Assembly: GCA_025056175.1 (NCBI GenBank)
Contig: JANWWK010000030.1
Span: forward strand, 108,791-172,790
Reading direction: 5' to 3'
DNA from: Anaerolineales bacterium
Lineage (GTDB): Bacteria > Chloroflexota > Anaerolineae > Anaerolineales > Villigracilaceae
DNA length: 64,000 nt
Made by a program: the position numbers and the translations under genes. This document shows, in pieces, positions 51,657 to 60,700 of the stretch; the stretch's first letter is position 1, and each line of letters starts with the position of its first letter. The notes under the pieces were generated by a model that saw only the letters and a list, made by a program, of their open reading frames with translations, searched no databases and was not told the DNA's origin.

Positions 51657-52364
51657 TCACGGCTTTGCGCCTGGTGTTGTCTCCGCGTAATAGCCTCGAT
51701 ATTCCTTCGGCAAGAGCCGGGCAATATGCGTCATCACCAGGTCGGCATTGCGCTGACGGGCTGCTCGCCGCGTTTCGCCGCGCCCCTTGATGGGAGGTAA
51801 AGTGAGCGGCTGGCCGATGGTCATCGTCAGAGCAGGGTGTTCACCGCGCATTGCGCGTCTGAAAAAATCATCGGTCGTGCCGGTAATTCCCACCGGCACC
51901 ACTGGCACCCCCGTCATTTCCACCAAAAATGCCAGGCCGGGTTTGGCTTGCCGCATGGCAACAGAATGCGTTCTGCCGCCCTCCGGTGCCATCAACAGGG
52001 GATAGCCAGAATTCAGCACGTGTGCTGCGCGTTCCAGCGCCTGCCGGTCATACGCGCCGCGTCGAACGGGGATGGCTCCAAACAGCCGCACGAGCAAATT
52101 CTGACCAAAGGATTTGCGTTCCCAAATTTCCGCTGCGCCGAGCGCTTCGATGTTTTCCGGCCAAAAGGTGAGCGTAAATGCCGGGTCGAAGGTCGAAATG
52201 TGGTTGAAGACCGCCAGATAAGCGCGGCCTTTAGGCACGTTTTCTTCTCCCTTCACAGTCACTTGCGCCAACAGGTGAAACAACCCTCGAAATACCGGGC
52301 GCATCAAAGCGCGGCTGATTTGATTGGTGAGGGGCGGGCGATATGGCGCATTCATGCTTTGCAC
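51657..52364 (-). CDS. plsC: 1-acyl-sn-glycerol-3-phosphate acyltransferase
   Basis: Acyltransferase motifs NHISTFDP (HX4D) and MAPEGGRT. It overlaps the cmk stop by 13 nt. Confidence 0.8.
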   Translation of the reverse strand: MQSMNAPYRPPLTNQISRALMRPVFRGLFHLLAQVTVKGEENVPKGRAYLAVFNHISTFDPAFTLTFWPENIEALGAAEIWERKSFGQNLLVRLFGAIPVRRGAYDRQALERAAHVLNSGYPLLMAPEGGRTHSVAMRQAKPGLAFLVEMTGVPVVPVGITGTTDDFFRRAMRGEHPALTMTIGQPLTLPPIKGRGETRRAARQRNADLVMTHIARLLPKEYRGYYAETTPGAKP

Positions 52365-53029
52365 AACGCATAAACTTTTGCGAACACCTGGTCGGCATCC
52401 AGCGTATCGGAATCCAGGATAACCGCATCTGCGGCAGGTTTGAGCGGAGCCACCGCGCGCGTTGAATCAATGCGGTCACGTTCGCGCACTTTTTCCAGCA
52501 CGTCTGCGTACTCGGCCCGGCCTCCCCGTTCTATAATCTCGTTGTAACGGCGGCGTGCGCGTTCTTCGGGAGAAGCATCCAGGTAGATTTTTAAGTCGGC
52601 TTCCGGCAAAACCACCGTTCCGATGTCGCGCCCAACCATCACCACCCGCCCGCGCATCCCGATTCGGCGCTGTTGCAGCGTCAGTGCGCGGCGCACACCA
52701 GGGTATGCCGAAACGACCGAAACATTCGCATCCACTTCCGGTTTGCGAATGTCCCACGTGATGTCATGACCGTCTACAACCACATCACAGGGGCGGCCAT
52801 CCTCCAGCGAGGGCGCTGTTACTTCAATGGGGACATCTTCTGCCAGGCGGGTGACGGCAGCTTCATCGTGAATATCAATACCCTGGTTGAGCGCCAGCCA
52901 GGTGACGGCGCGGTACATCAGTCCGGTGTCAAAGTAGAGATAGCCCAGCGCTTCGGCCAGGCGAAACCCTAAAGTGGATTTGCCCGAAGCCGCCGGGCCG
53001 TCTATCGCAATAATCGAGGGAAGGGGCAT
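52352..53029 (-). CDS. cmk: Cytidylate kinase
   Basis: P-loop IAIDGPAASGKST and a typical Cmk length of 225 aa. Confidence 0.9.
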   Translation of the reverse strand: MPLPSIIAIDGPAASGKSTLGFRLAEALGYLYFDTGLMYRAVTWLALNQGIDIHDEAAVTRLAEDVPIEVTAPSLEDGRPCDVVVDGHDITWDIRKPEVDANVSVVSAYPGVRRALTLQQRRIGMRGRVVMVGRDIGTVVLPEADLKIYLDASPEERARRRYNEIIERGGRAEYADVLEKVRERDRIDSTRAVAPLKPAADAVILDSDTLDADQVFAKVYALCKA

Positions 53030-53087
53030 GAATTGAAAAAACCTTTCGTCAGTTCAGGCATGAATTGCTTCGTAATTTGAGCGTTTT

Positions 53088-54803
53088 TCAGGGCTGCGAA
53101 TCTGGAAATAAATCATTGCGTACCCAGAGAATGAGCGCTTCCTGTCCTTCAGTGGTCTGGTGACGGAATATCCAGCGCAGCCAGTCTGTGGGTTGCAACT
53201 CGTCCCAAAAAGTTTGTGTGCGCCAGATGAAATCTTGTCCGCGGTAGGATTCGGCCAGTGCCGGGCTTTCCTGTTGAACAGGGGTAATCAGCACATCGGG
53301 CGTTTCGGTGAGTGTGGCCGCGAACGTGAAATCTGGCTTCCAGTCTCGCAGTGCCCAGCGCAGTGCTGCCGATTCAACCCCTGAAACCGTAATCGTCAGC
53401 GGTTGTGCTGGTTGCCATTTCCAGCGTTCGACCTCACGCAGTTGTTCGGTCAGGGCATGGGAATAGCGCACTGGCAGGCCGGGCGGCCACATTTCGGCGG
53501 TGGGAATGGCTCGCAATCCACCCGCGGCCATGGCCGTAGAGAGATGCCATACCAGCAAAATGACCAGCCCACCCCAGATGCTGCCCTGCACAGCGACTGG
53601 TGCCGACCAGCCATATGCCACCAGAAAGATGCTCACAATCAACATGACCAATCCGGCCAAAAGCAAAAGAAGGCGGATTTGCGTTTGTTCGACAGTGAGC
53701 GTGTTGAGTGCCAGCCCGCTAAAGTTGCTTCCGACAAAGAACAGGAGCGATAGGGTGAAGGCCATCATGCTCGCGGTTTCCCACACGTTGCCTTCTGCAG
53801 GGCGGAGATGTCGGGCTGCTTCCAGCGCCGCCAGGGCCAGAAGTGGCAGGAGCGGCCAGGCCAGGTCAAATACTTGCCGGGCCGGGTTTGCCAGTGCCAG
53901 AATCAGCGCAACGCCGAACCAGATTCCCAATCCCAGCGTCAACGCATCTCGCTGGAGAATGCCGCGCACCAGGGTAATCACCGCCAGCAGAAGTGCAGGG
54001 AACGCATAGACCCCAAGTGCTATCAACAAACGGCTGGCCGGTACAAACGCGCCCGGTTCGGCAAACAAGGTGTCGTCGAAATTGAACCAGCCGCTCAAGT
54101 ACGCGGAGAGGGATTGTATTAGTCCGCTGAGACTCCCCGGTGAAAGCAGAAACAGCGTGCCGACCGTCAGAATCGTCCCGACTGTATACAGCAGGGCGCG
54201 AGTCGCTTCGGCGCGTCGCAAAGGCCTCTCGTTCATGCCGGGAGCAAAAAAACGATGAAACAGTCCCGCAGAAATTGCCAACCCCAGCAACCCGGGCCAG
54301 ATTTGTGGACCCCCGAGCAGGGCCAATCCGGCTAGAATGCCGGCGGCAGGAATGAAACCGTTTCGCCACGCGCCCCAGGCCAGTACGAGCGCACTCACCG
54401 CCAGAACAGGGCTGCCTGCCAATCGTGAGATTGCTAGAAAACCGGGGTCAAGTGCCAGCAAAAAGGCCAGCACAAGCGCCGGCTTTTCTCCCAACCGGTC
54501 TTGAAAGAGGGCTGGTGCAATCACAAGCGCTGCGCCAAAAACTGCAGGCGCGAGCCGGGCTGTGAACTCGCTTGCCTGAAAAACAAAAAATGCAAGTGCG
54601 GTAAAAAGCACATAACCCGGATGTGCGCCGATTTCCGGGCGCAACCCCTGAACCATCTCGAAGGCTTGCATTGCCCAGCGGGCTTCTTCTTCGGTCAGTG
54701 GCCAGGCGTCTAATCGAATCAACCGCACAGCCAGCGCCAGTCCAAAGGCGAGAACGTAGAACCAGAAGGACGAGCGGGGCAGGGATTCAAAAAGTTTCAT
54801 CAT
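53088..54803 (-). CDS. GT-C-type polytopic membrane protein (ArnT/PMT-like; possibly the TIGR03663/Agl23-like family)
   Basis: 571 aa. N-terminal VRLIRLDAWPLTEEEARWA loop after TM1, at least 10 TM segments, and a soluble C-terminal domain. The family assignment is from memory of the family description, not a search. Confidence 0.5.
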   Translation of the reverse strand: MMKLFESLPRSSFWFYVLAFGLALAVRLIRLDAWPLTEEEARWAMQAFEMVQGLRPEIGAHPGYVLFTALAFFVFQASEFTARLAPAVFGAALVIAPALFQDRLGEKPALVLAFLLALDPGFLAISRLAGSPVLAVSALVLAWGAWRNGFIPAAGILAGLALLGGPQIWPGLLGLAISAGLFHRFFAPGMNERPLRRAEATRALLYTVGTILTVGTLFLLSPGSLSGLIQSLSAYLSGWFNFDDTLFAEPGAFVPASRLLIALGVYAFPALLLAVITLVRGILQRDALTLGLGIWFGVALILALANPARQVFDLAWPLLPLLALAALEAARHLRPAEGNVWETASMMAFTLSLLFFVGSNFSGLALNTLTVEQTQIRLLLLLAGLVMLIVSIFLVAYGWSAPVAVQGSIWGGLVILLVWHLSTAMAAGGLRAIPTAEMWPPGLPVRYSHALTEQLREVERWKWQPAQPLTITVSGVESAALRWALRDWKPDFTFAATLTETPDVLITPVQQESPALAESYRGQDFIWRTQTFWDELQPTDWLRWIFRHQTTEGQEALILWVRNDLFPDSQP

Positions 54804-54890
54804 TTTGCTCCATGTTCAACACGTTTTGGCAAATTTTTTGCCAGATGCTGTGATATGCGCCTGGAGTGGGGCGAGCATTTTACCACGTGC

Positions 54891-57395
54891 TTACGGAACT
54901 TCATAAATGGTTACTTCACCCTGACGGTAGATTTCCCGCAGGTAGACCATGAATTTCTCTTCGTATACCGGATAGGTGCGGCGTTCCAGCGCGCCGATGT
55001 AGACATACCGGATATTGTACCGCGTCAGGATACTACGCGCCGTTTCCCAATCGGTGGTTGTATAGAGCAGGGCAACATCTTCACCGCGCGTGCCTTGTTC
55101 CTTGTAGCCGCCGCGCCATTGTCCCTGATGCCCCGGCCAGTTTAATACATTCGGATGACCGGTATGGGTGGCAACGCGCGCGTATTCGCTATAACTGCCG
55201 CCCACTGCTTCGGCTACTACCCCCAGCGGTAAGGTTTTCATGTACTGAATGGCCATATAATCATCAGGAGAGTAGTCCATCAAATAGGCTGCGCTATCCA
55301 GTGTGCGTTTTTCCGGGTTGGAAACGTTGAAAGAGTTCGTTTTATTTGGAAGAGACAGGAGGGGATACGTCAGCCCAACAAGGAACACACCCGCCAGAAT
55401 CCCGCCGCTTAATCCCAGCCAGATGCCGCGCGCCTCGCGTAACAAGACGATGGCTCCAAAAGCGGCAGCAACAGACCACAGCGCCCAGGCCTGATAGTAG
55501 AACTTGAAGATGGTGTTCATGCGTGTTCCGAAGTTATCACGCAAGTAAACGAATTCTGGCGCGAGGACGAGCACACCTCCGAACACAATCAGCATCCACA
55601 CAAAGGGCAGGGGAGAAGAATTTGCTTTGGTTGCTTCTGCTTCATCGGTGTTCTCATCTGTTTTCCCTGCCAGATGTGCTGCTGCTGTCCCTATCAGCAG
55701 AATCAATGTCAGCAGACCGCCGCTAAAGGCCAGCCGCCGCCCGAACGCCTCTCGCAGGACTTCTCCCAGCGAACTGACGCCTTGCGAGCTGATGAGAACC
55801 TGACCGATTTCCGTCTGTGCAGCGACCAGCGTCAGGAGCAGCGAGAAGGTGCCAAGCAGGGCGGTAAAGGCAACGGTCAGCCCCAGACCGACTTTCCAGG
55901 CCAGGGATTGTTTTCGTGCCGTATGGGCCAGGAACAAAAAGAGCGGCGCGAATAGCGTCCCAAACATGACCCACAAATGCGCTCCGCGTGTGGGGAAAAT
56001 GACATTTGGCAGGATGCCGCCCGCCTGGGAGGAAAACGTCACATAGAACGGCAGGTATATCACAATGCTGACTGCTGCCAGCGGCAGAGCAAATTTAACC
56101 CCTTCTTCGAGCAGGTCCCATCTCCAACCGCGTTCTTGCTGGAGCGAGAGAATCAGCGCGCCGGAAACCACCGCCAGATATGTCGGAAAATCCCATGTGT
56201 TCAGAAAGGCCAGCCCGCCCAGTGTGATTGCCAGCAGCGCAAAGCCTTCCCGGTGGATGGGAATCTTAACCCACTTCAAATCGGTGTTGCCGCGCCAGCC
56301 GCCCAGAAAAAGATGAAGTGCCAGCCCCGCCGCCAGCAGGCCGAAGGGCATTGCCAGGACGTGTGGATGTAAATCACCCAGCAGGTACGAGAAAAAGGGA
56401 AACTCGTCAATGACTTCTACGAAGTTACCCATCAGGTCGTAATCCTGTACGACGCGTGAGGCGCGCCACCAGAACCAGAAACGCGGCTCACTGCCCGGCA
56501 ATGGAAATTCGCGCAGGTCTTTAATGTCCAGCCATGTCCAGAAGTTATAGGCTTCCAGGTTCGGGCGTGCTAGCCGTCCGAGCGTTGTCCACAGGTTCAC
56601 ATCCCCTGCCTGACCCGACCAACCGATACCATACCTGCGTAAAAGCTCCAAAAACCCCTCTACATTACTGAGAAAGAGCAGGGTGAGCGGGCCGAGCAAA
56701 GAAAGGGCGGACAGAAGAGTCGGCCTGAGGGGGGAGGCTTTCCAATACGCAGCCAGCAAATTGTAGAGCAGTCCGAACGCGCCAAGCACACTCAAGGCAA
56801 ACACCAGTGCAAGCATCAAGTTGAAGGCGACGCTGCCGCTGGTAAACGTCAATTTTGCCAGCATAGCCGCCATCACATAGCCGAAGTAATAGTAGGAGAT
56901 AGCGTAGCCGGAAAGCCAGGGGTCGTTCGGCGGAAACGCCGGCGAACGCAGAATTGCGTTAATGAAGGCCAGTTCCATTGGTTTTTCCGTGCCGACGTTT
57001 TCCGGGTTGTTGGCGCGCACGAACGCCATAAACGCAAATCCAATCAGAAACAAGAGTTCGACCGTAATGACCAGGCTGCGGTTGGATTGCAGCCATTTGA
57101 TAACACAGGATAAACTGCTGGTCAGGTTATCCTCATGCGGTTTGCGTATTTTCTGCAACGCCCATGTGGACAATCCGACTACAATCAGCAACGCCAGCAA
57201 AATGCCTGTGCTGTCGTTGCGCGTCAGGCCGAAAGAAGTCATCAGCCAGAAGAAGAACGCCCACAGCAGCAGGCCAAGTGTGCGGCTCAGACTATACCCG
57301 CGGTCGGCCAGCGCCGGTAACATGTGGTAGGCGATTGGAAAGGTCAGCAAGCCGACCAGGCTCAGGGTGAGATACCAGAGAAGAAAGGAGAACAT
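54891..57395 (-). CDS. DUF2298 ('YYY-motif', Chloroflexi/Archaea) membrane protein
   Basis: 834 aa. PNDPWLSGYAISYYYFGY motif, many TM segments, and a C-terminal soluble domain ending ...GEVTIYEV. Confidence 0.7.
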   Translation of the reverse strand: MFSFLLWYLTLSLVGLLTFPIAYHMLPALADRGYSLSRTLGLLLWAFFFWLMTSFGLTRNDSTGILLALLIVVGLSTWALQKIRKPHEDNLTSSLSCVIKWLQSNRSLVITVELLFLIGFAFMAFVRANNPENVGTEKPMELAFINAILRSPAFPPNDPWLSGYAISYYYFGYVMAAMLAKLTFTSGSVAFNLMLALVFALSVLGAFGLLYNLLAAYWKASPLRPTLLSALSLLGPLTLLFLSNVEGFLELLRRYGIGWSGQAGDVNLWTTLGRLARPNLEAYNFWTWLDIKDLREFPLPGSEPRFWFWWRASRVVQDYDLMGNFVEVIDEFPFFSYLLGDLHPHVLAMPFGLLAAGLALHLFLGGWRGNTDLKWVKIPIHREGFALLAITLGGLAFLNTWDFPTYLAVVSGALILSLQQERGWRWDLLEEGVKFALPLAAVSIVIYLPFYVTFSSQAGGILPNVIFPTRGAHLWVMFGTLFAPLFLFLAHTARKQSLAWKVGLGLTVAFTALLGTFSLLLTLVAAQTEIGQVLISSQGVSSLGEVLREAFGRRLAFSGGLLTLILLIGTAAAHLAGKTDENTDEAEATKANSSPLPFVWMLIVFGGVLVLAPEFVYLRDNFGTRMNTIFKFYYQAWALWSVAAAFGAIVLLREARGIWLGLSGGILAGVFLVGLTYPLLSLPNKTNSFNVSNPEKRTLDSAAYLMDYSPDDYMAIQYMKTLPLGVVAEAVGGSYSEYARVATHTGHPNVLNWPGHQGQWRGGYKEQGTRGEDVALLYTTTDWETARSILTRYNIRYVYIGALERRTYPVYEEKFMVYLREIYRQGEVTIYEVP

Positions 57396-57421
57396 ATCGC
57401 TGATAGGGAATCCGTGAAGGG

Positions 57422-57793
57422 TCAGGGCAGGGAGGGCGGCAGGGAGAACAGGCCGTTTTCGTCAGGTGGGAGGTCAACCACTGCCAGCACAGCAGACAGG
57501 TTGAGCGGGCCGTACAGGTGGGGGAAGAGCGAAGAACTCACGGGCGGCAAATCCGAGCCTGCCGGATGAAGGGGCGGTTCGTAGCGTAATTCCGCTTTCA
57601 AATGCTCTGTTTCAACGCTCAACAGCACCAGGCCGTTCTGACCGCGATAAAAAGCGTGGGCAACCTCCAAAATCTGATGACGTTGCGAAAAGTGGATGAA
57701 GCCCTCGTGCGACAGGCTGGAGGGGCGATATTCACCGTTTCGTTCGGCATCCTGCCACGCCGTGCGTGTGGTGATGTGATAAATTCGGCTCAT
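57422..57793 (-). CDS. DUF952 domain protein
   Basis: 123 aa. The N-terminal IYHITTRTAWQDAERNGEYRPSSLSHEGFIHFS is typical of DUF952. ATGA overlap with the upstream giant gene. Confidence 0.7.
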   Translation of the reverse strand: MSRIYHITTRTAWQDAERNGEYRPSSLSHEGFIHFSQRHQILEVAHAFYRGQNGLVLLSVETEHLKAELRYEPPLHPAGSDLPPVSSSLFPHLYGPLNLSAVLAVVDLPPDENGLFSLPPSLP

Positions 57794-60700
57794 CGAATCA
57801 CCTGGTAAATCGCGGTCTGTCCATTTTCATAAATTTTGTTCCACAAAACGCCGTTCAGGCGCTCGAATTTTTCGATTCCTTCGGGATGGTAAATCCGTTC
57901 CAGTTGTCCGACGATGATGTACTCCACGTTGTACTTTTGCAGGAACTCACGCGCATATTCACTGCTGGTGGCTTCGTAGAAGAAGCGCACGGCGTCCACC
58001 CGGTCGGTCACCCAATTCGAGGGGAAGAGCGCGCGCTGCTGGCGCTGATGCCAGTTCCAGCCGACGACGCCCGGCAGACCGGTGTAAATGGTGTAGCGCG
58101 TTCCCCACCGATATTCGGGGGTGTTGGCTTCTACGATGACCGGTGTGCCGGCGATGTTGTCTTGCATCCAGCGGATGGCTTCGTAGTCCTCGCGCAGGTT
58201 CATTTCCTGTTTATCCCAATACGTTGAGTGGCGCATGTACTCCATGCTATCAAACGTGAAGGGCGTTTCGGCGCTCATCCGGTCGCGCAGTTTATCGAGT
58301 GTGCCGGTGAAGAGATAGAGCAGCGCCCCCGCAAACAGGAGTGTGACACCTGTGTACCAGAAATTACGCCAGTTGACGCTCCACTGGTCGAGTTCTTCCA
58401 ACAACCATCCCAATCCTGCGGCTGCGCTGAGCGCAAACAAAACCCACACTTGCAGATAGAACTTGAACACCGTGTTCATACGGCCAATATCGCCTACCAG
58501 CACGATGACTTCCACCGCGAGAGTCAAGACCAGTCCGGTGCCGACCATGAACAAGACCAGTCGTTTGGCATCTGGCTGACCGGGGCGCAGTATCAGCACG
58601 AGCGCCCACGCTGCCAGTGGGAAAGCCAGCCAGGCTATTTCCACTTTGAAGAAGAATTGGAGCAGCAAGGTCAACAAGACCAGAAGTGCCAGCGCAATTT
58701 CAATCAATAAAGTGTAAGGCCGCAATTTCGCCAGTGCTGAAACCGGTGTCTGTGCCATCCATTGACGGGTTTCCCACACCATCCAGGAGATGATAAGGAA
58801 CAGGAACAATCCCCAATGGGTCAGATAGGAGCCCAGCGGTGTTTTCTCGTTTTGCCACTGTTCCAGGCTGCTGTAGCCAAGTCCATACCAGCGGGCAAAT
58901 GGTTGATACAACAGGAGCGCAAAAACAGTCAGCAGCCCCATGGCTCCGAGCGCCAGGAGCGCACGTTGGACGAGCGGAGAAAGCCCCAGGCGGGTCTGGC
59001 TGCCTACGCTGGCATATCGGAACACGGCATACCCGGCGACAATTGCACCCAGTGCCAGATAGGTTGGAAAATCCCACGTGTTGGTTGGCCGCAATGCGCC
59101 GATGACCAGGCCGCCAAAGGCCAGGGTCGCCAGCCATTGCCAGCGCGGGAGATGACGCGCCCGAAGCATCGAGAGCGCCCATGCGACGGCCAGCACCGTC
59201 AGCGGAAGGGCAATCATGTGCGCGTGCAGGTCACTGTAAATGAAAGTAAAGAGCGGAAACTCCGTAATTGCCAGGTCGCCAACCGGCATTACGCGGCTGG
59301 GAGCCCAGTACCACTCACCCCAGCCGATGGGAAGACTTTCGCCCGTTAACAGCTTTCCCAACCCTTGCACAACCCAACCCAGACGCTGGAAAACCGAAAT
59401 AGACGGGTCTTCCACGACTGTATTCGGCACGACCAGTTTCTGTAACGCCTGATAAATCAGCCGCACCGTACCGAGATTCCCCACCAACACCAACCCTGCA
59501 CTCGCTGCCAGCCCGGAAAGCCATGGAATGCTGAAGATTTCCCTGTCTTCTTGAACCTGCGAATCCCCCTCTGTCTCTTTTCCTGCTCCCTGAGACCTGC
59601 TCCCTGAGACCAGATTCCACACCACCGAAAACCCGCCAAGACCCAGCATTGCAAACAACGTGGGCAGGACAAAGTTATAGGCAATCGAAGGCACAATCCC
59701 AAGCATCTTAATCGGTGTGCCGACCAGGACAAAACCCCAGTAGTAATAATTGATATAGCCGCCCGCATACCAGGGATCGTAGGGCGGAAAGGCCACGCTT
59801 TTGAGAATGGCGTTCAGGTATGAAAAGTCCATCGGGCGTTCGCCGCCTCGTCCGGGGTGCCACAAATCGGGATTTCCCAGCCGAATGCCGAAATCAATCA
59901 GGAAAAGCACCAGGAACAAGCCCTCGACGAGCAGGAAATAACGCCGATTTTCGCGCCAGGCAGTGATGAGCGCCTGGCGTTGTTTCCAGAATGCAGCAGC
60001 GCCTGCCAGCAAAATCAACACGTACCCCGCCGCAATCGTTCCCCGGCTATATTCCCCGCCGAGCGAGCCGACCATCCATGCAAACCAGGCCAGCAGGAGC
60101 AAACCGGTCAGCCGCGCGAGCGGATAGCCGCCATCGGGCAGGCCGGGCAAGAGTAGCCGCACAATTGGCCAGGTAAACAGTCCCAAAATGCCAATTGTGA
60201 GATACCATAACAGCAACCCCAGCAGCGGAAAGGCATTCTGCGGCCAATCGTAAGAGAACAATTCGCTCCATGTGCCGCCCTGCCGTTGTTTAGCAGCCTG
60301 TACTGGCGAGAGCGTCAAATCACCGGGGTAGCGGCTGGCCTGGCGCGGCGTGATACGCACCACCTTCGATAAGTCCACTTTCTCCAAAATTGCGCGGACG
60401 GTGGCACTGTTATAGGTCTCCGTTTTCTTGAAAATCAGCACCTTGGGGGCATCGTAGACGGTAAACGCTTCTTCGGCAAATTGTGTATTGATTTGATACC
60501 CGAAAATTTCCGGGTACGAGGTGAATGTCTTAACCAGTTCGTACCCCAGTTGCCCCTGAAACATGCCTGGTTCGGCCACGTTGTAGCACCAAATCACATC
60601 TCTTTCTGCCGGGCAGCCGATGAGCGCACGGTAAAAGGTCGTTGTCAGCGGATAGCGTTCTGGCACGCGCGTGGTGGTTGCCCATTGCCGGTTCGAGGTG

